A stretch of 64,000 nt of DNA, from the NCBI RefSeq assembly GCF_037042905.1, contig NC_087251.1, positions 3,970,001-4,034,000 on the forward strand, written 5' to 3'. Position 1 is the first letter of the stretch. Each line of letters opens with the position of its first letter. Shown here one piece after another: positions 12,479 through 24,500 of the stretch. Under the pieces are notes generated by a model. The model worked only from the letters and a program-made list of their open reading frames with translations. It had not been told where the DNA came from and searched no databases. The stretch comes from Lytechinus pictus (lineage: Eukaryota). The translations under genes and the position numbers were made by a program.

Positions 12479-14447
12479 TGGGATGTGGGGATGCCTGAAC
12501 TATAGATGAACTAAAGAAGAAACAAAGAAGGTGGAGGAATGGCAATGATAATAATAATTATAATAATAAAAATAATAACAACAATAATACTAATAATACA
12601 AAAGTCTTAATACACTGTACATCTAATGAAAATAAAGTAGACATACAAAAACAATACTATTTATTAATACTTTCATGTTTTTATTTACATTTATACAATT
12701 TACATCAACACATTACAAAATATCACATAGAGTGGGTTCCATAGCAGTAACTATGCTGAGATTGAGAAAGACCCTTACTTTTCAATAGAAGGCTTATACA
12801 CTCCTAACCTACATTACATGGCTATTCAAAATTAATGTACAGAAAAAGCTTTGGAAAAACAATGCAATTTCATATTGGTACTGCCATTCCAATATTCCAA
12901 TGTGATAAAAGTCAAGTCACTAAGTTTCATCCACTCACTCTATGTGAATATTTGAATTTGACCATTTGAAGGATTATGACTTCTGAAGTGTACTGGTAAT
13001 CTTTTCTTCATATTGAGGGCCCTTTAAACACTTACAAATTTCATTATAGTTTATACTCTCGGGATAGCTTTGAAGCTGCTGAAAGGGATTACTCTTCAAG
13101 GATACAGTGTATCAAAAAGCTACATGCAGCAATTGTGTTCCAAAATTCTTTTGTAGAAATCAAATTTGAAAATAACATGGGCTCACATAGAACATACACA
13201 CTAACACTTGAATAAATTTCAGACTTTGAATACTACAATGCCCCCATCCCTCCAATAAAAAAAAATCAATAACTACAAATATTGTAATGTTTGATATTTA
13301 ATAAAATTAAAATACAGGTAACTCTCTAAGATGACCTTCTTTATATCTAATAATTGCAAACTTGAATAAAAATATTTTAGAACAGATTATTCAAAACATG
13401 TGTTATAATATACCTCTTCTGAGGTATATTTCTCCAAAGTCAAACATATTTCTGTGGTCTCAAAATATTTGACTTAGGCAGAGTTACCTGTACACATTAT
13501 GTCATGTTTTGTGAAACTGAGCTAATTTTAAATGCTATAGCTGCACCTTCCTATTGGGGTGGACATGGCTTTTAAGGAAAATAAATTGCTTTGCATTACA
13601 ACAAAAATGAAATCAATAGATGTAAAAAAGATTTCATGAAGAAGAAAAGCAAAATAACGTCATAAATCGCTTACTTTCTACATCTATGCAAATATCTAAA
13701 TTCCTGTACACTGGGCCTTATTTGTAAGCAAAGGACTGAAAATCATATCTGAAATTAGGTTGCATTATTCACATTTTCTATTTTTAAACTCATCTTACCC
13801 GTTTAAATAAAGAACACCATAATTCTATGGTTAGAAAATAGAAAATGATTACAGGCATTTAATTTTAACCACTCGCATATGTTTTTATTGAAATAGCTCA
13901 GCTCAAATGGATAAAAATTATTTGATAGTTCTCAAGTCAAGACCCGTCTGAATATACATAGCTCCATACCGAAACAAATAATTCTGGTCTAATATAGTAA
14001 TATAGTCTAATACATTAGAATAGGACTTGGCTTCAGTTGCTCGTGTAGTGGCCGTAATCGATCCTGCCTGCTGGATTGCAAAAATCTGGGTTGGATTTGT
14101 GGATATAGCATACTTATTTTAGATTTTCAGACTACAATCTACACTGTAAGTCAAAATTGAAATTCTCACCTTGAATATTTATTGTTGCCCATACGCCTTA
14201 GTGCCACATCAATGGGACAGAAATGTCTGTTCAGAAACCTCAAAACCCACATATTCTCTCATGCCCTCTTCCAAAACAAATATCAGAAGAAAAATAATAA
14301 TACAAACTTGCTTTAAAATGAACAAAAACATACACAAGTTTCACTGTATTGTGAATGGCAATGTAGCATTGATAGTATACAGCCACAAATTTTACTCTGG
14401 AAATGTTCTCTCAAATTTTGCTAAGCTAGTGTACTGCAATAAAAAAA

Positions 14448-15143
14448 AACAAGTGGAGCGCCTCTGGCAGTCTCGCCTGCATTATGCAATTCAATATAGC
14501 AGCAGTGCTGATTTTGAAAATGACTATGAAATAATTATTTAAAAAAAACACCATTCATATAATATGCTACTACGTTCATTGACCCTACATGACATTTGTC
14601 CTTGATCAAGTGACCTACCACTTGTGCAAGATGAGCAATGATACTGGATTACCCCTTTGTCCACATTTTATTACATATATCTAAAACTTTCAAAGTTATG
14701 ATGGCAATTCAACAATTACTTACAAGATGGCCAAAGTTCATCGACCTTAAATGACCTTTGACCTTGTTAATGTGACCTGAAACTTGCAACAGGATGCTCA
14801 GTGATACTTGATTACACTTATGTCCAAGTTTTATGAACTAGATCCATAAAATTTCCATGTTACAATATTAAATCAACAAATACCCCCAAGATGGCCAAAT
14901 TTCATTGACCCTAAATGACCTTGGTCATATGACCTGAAGCTCGGGCAGGATTCCTCATGATAATGCTTCATTACATTTATGTGTAAGTTTCATGAACTAG
15001 ATCCATATACTTTCTAAGTTATGACATTTTAAAAACTTAACCTTAGGCTAAGATTTGGATATTGATTAACCTTAGGTTAAGATTTGATGTTGACGCCGCA
15101 AAAGTGGCGCCTATAGTCTCTCTCTGCTAGGAAGGGGAGACAA
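14448..15143 (-). mobile_element. HINE-like element, copy 2, about 290 bp past the TBP stop
   Basis: Same termini (AACAAGTGGAGCGCCTCTGGCAGTCTC...) and core repeats as 10241-11320, with fewer units. Confidence 0.75.
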
Positions 15144-15432
15144 AAAAGGAGACGCATATTCCTTTTGAACTCCAGTTATGAGTTATGCACCATCCGTAAT
15201 GAGCTGGCAGCTGAACTTGATTGTAGAAACTGATATTGAATCAATGATCCAGAAGCAAGCATAGTCCCTCTCTTTACATGTAATGTAATCCTCATTGGTC
15301 TCTGGAAATGATAATGCACCTCAAACATATTGTATAACATACTGTTATCGCAAATCAACAGAGGTGGTAAAATATACCAGGATCACCATTTCATTAGAGT
15401 CTCTTTCATTCGTTATACGACCAAACCATGTG

Positions 15433-15512
15433 CTAAGTAGTCTTTTTGAAGGATTTCAGAATAGGGTAGATGTTATTGAAGGCATCATAGATCTCCTGCC
15501 TCACTTTGGCAC
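15433..15512 (-). CDS. TBP: TBP coding exon 7 ([26 protein letters not shown])
   Basis: Acceptor cattag|, TAG at 15435-15433; canonical TBP C-terminal helix. Confidence 0.96.
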
Positions 15513-18500
15513 CTAATGGACGAGAAGAATAAAGAAAATAAAATGTTTATTTTTAGACAATCTATAAAAGATTTCACATACTTTTCAAATATAGTGATTA
15601 ATGATTATATTAATGATTTTACAATAATCCTCTTTTCAAATTCAATTTACATGGATTGCAATAGTAATATTCATGTGAATTTTGATACTTATCCAACATT
15701 TTTTTTTGAGAATTTTTTTACACATTACGAAACAGGCATGTTTGAATCTTTCTGAGTTTTTACTTCCAAACTCGGGATTGAAACATTGAGATGGAATCCA
15801 ACTACACCCGCTTACTCCTCTCTGCAAACCACATAATACCCTGGACCACTAGGTAGCTCTGATAACTGCAGATAATAAGCAGTGACTGAATTGCTCTCCT
15901 GAAATCACCCGGCGTGGTGAATAAAAGTCTCCATGCCAAAAATGGTATTAATTGTAAATGGTAAAGTTGCAAACGAACATTTTTATCCCGAAATAAACTT
16001 TGAAGCATGAAAAATGGACCAGAAGTTGGGATATTGCAATGAAATAATGAACAATCTAATGATTGACTCGCATCTCGGGGGATTCGGCGAAAATATATTG
16101 TTTACACTTGTAGTGACAATTTCTGAGTTTATTTTAGGATATCAAAGAAGCCTGAAATACTTTTATGTGATACTGTGTAAAACAAGAATCAAAAGCACTT
16201 TTATGTGATACTGTGTAAAAAAAAGAATCAAATGCAATTTGGATTTTTTTTAGTTGGACGCAAAGAAATTTCCACCTGTTGTTATTAAAGACAGTATTTC
16301 CGGAACAGCAGGTGAATTTCATAAGAAAGCATTCCCAATACGTGTTGAATCCTAAGAGACACGGACTTAGTAATAATATGTAAATAATGTTTTTCTTGGT
16401 TACGAAAAATGACCAATTAGATCTCGCCCTGTAAGGGCGGTTTCGTGCGTTCTTAATTAACGATACACCACTCTTAAAAAAAGCCCGGTTGCTGATACTT
16501 CAGCAGAGTCGTCTGTGTTCAATTTTGGTTACATCTTTTTCTATGGGGATTTGAACCAATATCTCCCCCGAGACCGTCGGCTTAGCTCCCGACAGCGTAC
16601 TTCACCGATGCTGTCTGGGCTCGCCATTTTGTAAAGGAGAATTAATGGACTCCTGGTTTAGCTGACTTTTTACTTCTTTTTCCTGATGTTTATTGGGTAT
16701 GTACGTTTAATATTTATAACAACATTTATAGTAAAAAGAGAAAAGAGATATTTGATATAACTAATTTCTTGACAAAGTATTTGTACTGAAGAAATTATGC
16801 CGAGTACGTTTGTAGACAACTTTATTTTTGTATAAAGTGTCATCCACATGAAATGTCGAATATTATAAGCAAAAATAGATCTTTGAAATTATTTACGTTG
16901 ATTTATATGTCATTGCAGACAGCTTAGTATTTAATCGATCTTCAGTTGTCGGTATTATGGAGAGTTTTCCGATGTATGCTATACTTGATAGTGAACATTG
17001 TTATTTGACCTTGACATTATGAAAGTCATTCTCGTCGAATTTCTTTAAGGCATATAGCCTGGTTTTACATGATGTACTTTTATATTTTGTTTAGAATTGC
17101 TGCTAAATAGACAATTCTCACTGTCATTATTATGAGATGATAAATTATATCTTTACACGTTTTGAGGTCGTTTATCTGTGTTCGACGACGATAAGTGTAT
17201 TAGGACACTGTTTGTTTTATTTTGATAATTGTCAGGTTCCACTGAGACCCTCACCATAGACGAGTTTTTGTCCTACATGACATCGATCGAGGATCCATCT
17301 AGACTGCTTTTCCACTCTCCGTTGTATACGACAGGCCTAGCTACGTATTCCACCATTCCAAGTTCAGGTCGAACTCAATTCGCCAAGTAGATCGAACTGT
17401 CAACTTCTCAACGCTTTGGCCTATTTTGGAGTTTTTTATTCCGGGATTTTATTACATAATTAATTGCTCTGTTATAATTCCCTTGAATATACGACAAAAC
17501 TTTAATTGCTGTTTTCAATTATTTGATATATCATACAGGCATTTCTTTGAGTTGTAAACACTCTGTAAATTTGTCAAAGAAAACATTCGAATCATTTTTA
17601 TTATAAATCGAAGTCATCGAACTAATTATTTTGTCAAGTGCTTATTTTTCTTGAATGATCACGTTTAGCTAAAAAGTTGGGGTGTTTGAGTCGCCGTGCT
17701 TGTTGTTGCTTGTTTAGTTTTCCCCCTGTTTTTTCCTAGTCCCATTGATTGGTGTGTTTGATTTGTCTTTGTTTTTAAAAAGAAACATAATATTTTCTCC
17801 ACCAAATTCACCAAAATACTCAGATCCGTCCCAACAAAATGGTGATCCCGACGTGATCTGAAAGGGAGCTACAAAATAGTAACCCTTAACCCTTATAGCG
17901 GCGAAACAGATTTTATATAATATACATAGTATATTTAAAGACGTGATCTTTCAGGATAGATAACGCACATTGGAGTTGAAGGAATTAGAATAAGACTGTC
18001 ATATTCTTATTAATATAGGAACAGTGTAATAGGTAAGTGCAGTGGTTGTACGCTCGCGCTCTTTCACAATGTCACAAGAAGATGCCGACGCGAAGTCTAC
18101 TGCTGACTCTGAGAGCATACTTGGAGCAGTTGCTTTAAAGCTGCCGCCATTCTGGCGAAACGATCCGGAGGTATGGTTCGCGCAAGCGGAAGCCCAATTC
18201 GCCACGCGCAATATCGTAGTTGAGAGTACAAAATACTCTTACGTTATCGCGACACTACCACCCGAGGTAGCACAGGACATTCGCGACGTCCTGATAAACC
18301 CCCCTGTTAGTGAGCCATATACGACGCTAAAGAAAAAAATCATATCGCGAACGACGGAATCGGAACAGAGAAGAGTACAAATGTTACTCACAGAAGAAGA
18401 ACTCGGAGACCGAAAACCTTCGCAATTATTACGGCGCATGGAACAACTCGTCGGAGATCAGAAATTAGAAAGCGGTATACTTAGGCAGTTATTCTTACAA

Positions 18501-21500
18501 CGCTTGCCGCCTAATGTTAGACTGATCTTAGCCTCCACGAGTGAGTCGCTAGCGCTATCGGATCTGGCCGCATTGGCAGATAGAATTCTCGAAGCGCACG
18601 TGCCTGTCGTGAACACCGTGGCGCCGGTGACTGATGCAGGGTCACATGCTATCACGGTTAAGCCAGCCCAATCCGGAGATATACAGGGTGCGAATTCAAA
18701 CCTTGTAAGGCAAATTGCGGATTTGACAAAGCTCGTTCGCGAGTTAGCCACAGCCGTAGGGCAATTGAAACACGACCGTAGTCGTAGTCGAAATCGTAGT
18801 AGAAGCAAGACTCGTGATAAACGTGATTCCACGCCTGTTAGCGAATCGCCCGAAGATAGAGGATATTGTTGGTATCATTCTCAATATGCTGAGAACGCGC
18901 ATCGCTGCAAGGCACCCTGCAATTGGAATAGTCAGGGAAACGCATAGACCAGAGGGTTGGGGCGACAAACCCAACTGGTCAACCGGATAGTCGCCTATTT
19001 TACATTAATGATATTAATTCGCGAAAGAAATTTCTGGTTGACACAGGCGCGGCTGTGTCGGTAATCCTCCCGACAAAGCAACAGAGGGTTAAACCTTCTA
19101 CCTTGAAACTACGCGCAGCTAATGGTTCGCGCATCACAACTTACGGACAACAGTCGCTTACGCTAGATTTAGGCGTACGTCGCAGCTGCCGTTGGATATT
19201 TATCATAGCTGACGTAACCATGCCTATTTTAGGTGCGGACTTTCTGCACCATTTTCAATTTCTTATTGATATGGCAAAGCCGAGGCTTATTGATCCCCTA
19301 ACGAACATGCAAGTGTCAGGTAGACATACGGACACTGTGTCACTTAGTCCCGTATTTGACACGCCTGAAGCTATTGATGCGTACACGAAGATGTTGCGTG
19401 ATGAATACGCTGATATCACGATACCCGTATACCGTTCGCAGGACGTTAAGCATAATGTGGTACACCACATTGTAACGCGAGGACAACCCGTTACGGCTAG
19501 GCCGCGTAGACTCACCGGAGACAAGTTAGACATAGCTCGTAATGAATTCCAGCATATGCTTGATTTAGGCATAATTAGGCCGTCTAGTAGCCAATGGGCA
19601 TCGCCGTTACACATGGTGCCGAAAAAGACTGCCGGTGATTGGAGACCTTGCGGTGATTACAGGGCACTTAACAAGGCTACCGTACCCGACCGCTACCCTG
19701 TACCCCATATTCAGGACTTCACCGCAAACTTGAATGGAAAGCGCATATTTTCCAAGATAGATTTAGTTCGTGCGTATCACCAGATACCCGTCGCGCCAGA
19801 CGATATTTGCAAGACGGCTATATGTACACCTTTTGGCCTTTATGAATTCGAACGAATGCCGTTCGGTCTGCGTAATGCTGCGCAATCTTTTCAGAGGTTC
19901 ATAGATCAGGTCATTCGTGGATTACCGTTCGTATATGCTTATATAGATGACTTACTTGTAGCTAGCAATAGTGAGGGAGAGCATGAACGCCACCTACGTC
20001 TGCTCTTTGAAAGACTTAGGGAGTTTGGTGTTGTCGTCAACCCAAACAAGTGCGTTTTTGGCCGATCGGAGCTAGAATTTCTAGGTCACCGTATCAACCG
20101 CGATGGAGTCAGTCCACTCCCGGACAAAGTGGATGCGATTCGGAACTGCACTGTCCCCACGACATTGAAGCAGTTGCGAGGATTTCTCGGCTTAGTGAAC
20201 TTTTACCGTAGATTTATACCTAACTGCGCGCATATCCTCATGCCTCTCACCGACCTCCTGCGCAATCGTAAGAAGCGATCTAAGAAACCGCTAGATTGGT
20301 CGCCTGCTTGTACGGCCGCTTTCGTTGAAGTCAAAGAGAAACTAGCGCAGATTACGTTATTGGCCTATCCAAATTCAGATTATCCTCTGAGTTTGATGGT
20401 CGACGCATCAGACCGTGCTATTGGTGGAGTTATTCAGCAACTCCACGACAATGCATGGGAGCCGATTGCATTCTTCTCGCGGAAATTGCTACCTGCTGAA
20501 ACAAGGTATAGCGCATTTGGGCGAGAGTTGCTGGCCATTTACTTGGCAATTAAACATTTTCGGTACATGCTAGAAGGTCGTCCTTTCTGCGTTTATACCG
20601 ACCATAAACCTTTAACATACGCATTAAACGCCAAGCCAGATCGTCATAGCCCCCGCGAAATCCGGCATTTGGATTTCATATCGCAATTCACCACAGACAT
20701 CAGATATGTCAAAGGTCAAGACAATGTGGTGGCTGACACCCTATCTCGACCCGATATCAGCGCCTTGCATACCGAATCTCGGATCGATTTCACGGATATT
20801 GCGGAAGCACAAGAAACCGATTCAGAATTGCAAGCGTATCTCAATTCAGAGGTCAATTCTAGTATGGTGCTCAAAAAAGTACCAAGGCTCACCACTGGTG
20901 GCTCGATCGTATGCGATACTTCTCACAGACTCGCCCGTCCTTTCGTCCCGAAGATTCATAGGAGGGCAGTTTTCGATGCTATCCATGGACTATCTCATCC
21001 AGGAGTCCGAGCAACACAGCGTGCGATTACCGCTCGTTACGTATGGCCCGGGATTAATAAGGACGTACGCAAATGGGCCCGGGAATGTCTACCGTGTCAG
21101 AGGTCAAAGACTAATAGACATGTAAAAGCCCCACAAGGGACTTTTAGTACCCCAGATGCGCGTTTCGCACACGTTCATCTGGATCTCGTCGGTCCGTTGC
21201 CCCATTCGAATGGTTATACATACCTACTTACGTGTATAGACCGTTTTACCAGATGGCCGGAAGCCATCCCGATAACCGATATTACCGCGGAAACGGTTGC
21301 CAAAACCTTCGTAGAAAGGTGGGTTGCCATGTTTGGTGCACCCAGCTCTGTCACCACCGATCGTGGTAGGCAATTTGAATCACGCCTTTTCGCGGAACTA
21401 ACTAAGTTGTTAGGTACAACCCGCATCCGAACAACCGCCTATCATCCTGCGGCAAACGGGATGGTAGAGAGATTTCACCGTCAACTTAAGGCTGCTTTGA

Positions 21501-24500
21501 AGGCTTACGAGGATCCTTCTCGATGGAGTGAACAATTACCTTTGACACTCCTGGGTATCCGTTCTACCATTAAAGCAGATTTGTCATGCTCATCCGCAGA
21601 GCTAGTTTTCGGGACAACTCTGAGATTACCCGGACAGTTCGTTACGGCTGAGCGAACTGATGTAGATCCGAGTGACTACATATCCCGGTTACGTAGACAC
21701 ATGGCGTCATGTACACTTACCCCTACTAGAGCGAAGCAAGGATCGACGCATATCCCTAGAGATCTTTTCTCGTGCTCGCATGTATTTGTTAGGGTAGATT
21801 CTGTTCGCAAACCGCTACAACAGCCATACAAAGGACCGTATAAGGTGCTAAAGCGCAAAGACCGCTTTTTCACGCTTGACATTGATGGCAAACGCGATCA
21901 GATTTGCATAGATCGTTTGAAAGTAGCATACATTGAAAATCAAGAAAGTCTGGAAGAAAGCCTATCAAAATCGAAAAGTATCGTTAAAGGCAGAATTCCA
22001 AGCTCTGTGGTAAAGAGTGCAGTGCAGAGTTCGCGCACGAGTACACCCACTGCACCTATCCGAAAAACTCGATCTGGACGACATGTTCGATTTCCAGAGC
22101 GTTATATTGCAGTTTGTTAATTATCATAATTATGTATGACTCATCATACTTTGTAGTTCTGTTTATTGTAAATGGATTGTCGTAAGTAAGACATATTCAT
22201 GACTTCCTTACTAGGAGGGGATTTTATGTAGTGACAATTTCTGAGTTTATTTTAGGATATCAAAGAAGCCTGAAATACTTTTATGTGATACTGTGTAAAA
22301 CAAGAATCAAAAGCACTTTTATGTGATACTGTGTAAAAAAAAGAATCAAATGCAATTTGGATTTTTTTTTAGTTGGACGCAAAGAAATTTCCACCTGTTG
22401 TTATTAAAGACAGTATTTCCGGAACAGCAGGTGAATTTCATAAGAAAGCATTCCCAATACGTGTTGAATCCTAAGAGACACGGACTTAGTAATAATATGT
22501 AAATAATGTTTTTCTTGGTTACGAAAAATGACCAATTAGATCTCGCCCTGTAAGGGCGGTTTCGTGCGTTCTTAATTAACGATACACCACTCTTAAAAAA
22601 AGCCCGGTTGCTGATACTTCAGCAGAGTCGTCTGTGTTCAATTTTGGTTACATCTTTTTCTATGGGGATTTGAACCAATATCTCCCCCGAGACCGTCGGC
22701 TTAGCTCCCGACAGCGTACTTCACCGATGCTGTCTGGGCTCGCCATTTTGTAAAGGAGAATTAATGGACTCCTGGTTTAGCTGACTTTTTACTTCTTTTT
22801 CCTGATGTTTATTGGGTATGTACGTTTAATATTTATAACAACATTTATAGTAAAAAGAGAAAAGAGATATTTGATATAACTAATTTCTTGACAAAGTATT
22901 TGTACTGAAGAAATTATGCCGAGTACGTTTGTAGACAACTTTATTTTTGTATAAAGTGTCATCCACATGAAATGTCGAATATTATAAGCAAAAATAGATC
23001 TTTGAAATTATTTACGTTGATTTATATGTCATTGCAGACAGCTTAGTATTTAATCGATCTTCAGTTGTCGGTATTATGGAGAGTTTTCCGATGTATGCTA
23101 TACTTGATAGTGAACATTGTTATTTGACCTTGACATTATGAAAGTCATTCTCGTCGAATTTCTTTAAGGCATATAGCCTAGTTTTACATGATGTACTTTT
23201 ATATTTTGTTTAGAATTGCTGCTAAATAGACAATTCTCACTGTCATTATTATGAGATGATAAATTATATCTTTACACGTTTTGAGGTCGTTTATCTGTGT
23301 TCGACGACGATAAGTGTATTAGGACACTGTTTGTTTTATTTTGATAATTGTCAGGTTCCACTGAGACCCTCACCATAGACGAGTTTTTGTCCTACATGAC
23401 ATCGATCGAGGATCCATCTAGACTGCTTTTCCACTCTCCGTTGTATACGACAGGCCTAGCTACGTATTCCACCATTCCAAGTTCAGGTCGAACTCAATTC
23501 GCCAAGTAGATCGAACTGTCAACTTCTCAACGCTTTGGCCTATTTTGGAGTTTTTTATTCCGGGATTTTATTACATAATTAATTGCTCTGTTATAATTCC
23601 CTTGAATATACGACAAAACTTTAATTGCTGTTTTCAATTATTTGATATATCATACAGGCATTTCTTTGAGTTGTAAACACTCTGTAAATTTGTCAAAGAA
23701 AACATTCGAATCATTTTTATTATAAATCGAAGTCATCGAACTAATTATTTTGTCAAGTGCTTATTTTTCTTGAATGATCACGTTTAGCTAAAAAGTTGGG
23801 GTGTTTGAGTCGCCGTGCTTGTTGTTGCTTGTTTAGTTTTCCCCCTGTTTTTTCCTAGTCCCATTGATTGGTGTGTTTGATTTGTCTTTGTTTTTAAAAA
23901 GAAACATAATATTTTCTCCACCAAATTCACCAAAATACTCAGATCCGTCCCAACACACTGTACTTCGCCCATCAACCGAGCAGGGCTGTTGCTTGAAATT
24001 TGACCTCAGGCGCAGATTAATTCTGACTTGACTGGCTTGAATTTCTGGACATTTATGATTTATTTTCATGCTATATTATTCATCTTCATCTTCATATTAT
24101 AAAGATTTCTTAAATTGATAGTTACCCCAGATATTACTTTGAACAGCTGAAAAGGACAGAGAAAAAGCCAAGATGATTTTTAATCAGTCTCCTTTTCTCG
24201 ACGAGCTCTTTTCTCAAGTCCATATGAATGAACAAATATTGACTCATTGGGTTCCGAGTTTCGCCTCAAATTCGGATCTCAATGTTTGACGGAGTTGCAT
24301 ACTTCTATAGTCATATTTCACTAGTCTAATTCCTAGACCACTATTCAGCATCTTTAATGTTTGGTTTGACTTGATGTTTCTATTTTGACGGAGGAAGAGG
24401 GAGGAGAGAGAGGAAGAGATAAAATGTTTGTATGTGTGTGAGAAAGAGGACAAAGACAGAAAGGGAGAGCGAGCAAGAGAGATGAACAATTCACACCTTC

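Larger units (their letters stand above)
16109..23955 (+). mobile_element. Full-length Ty3/gypsy LTR retrotransposon, CsRn1-clade-like, 7847 bp, in TBP intron 6 (antisense to TBP)
   Basis: TG...CA LTRs, 4-bp TSD CACT (16105-16108 / 23956-23959), PBS, PPT, intact gag and pol in PR-RT-RH-IN order. Confidence 0.98.

Noticed and set aside
12660..13450. Possible heavily decayed LINE 3' end on the minus strand
   Set aside because: Only a vague stem-loop and tail resemblance with no readable RT motifs; too weak to annotate.
17999..21891. Antisense and alternate-frame ORFs in gag-pol; possible env
   Set aside because: They are shadow ORFs of a GC-richer coding region. Only ~106 bp separate the pol stop from the 3' LTR, so there is no room for env.
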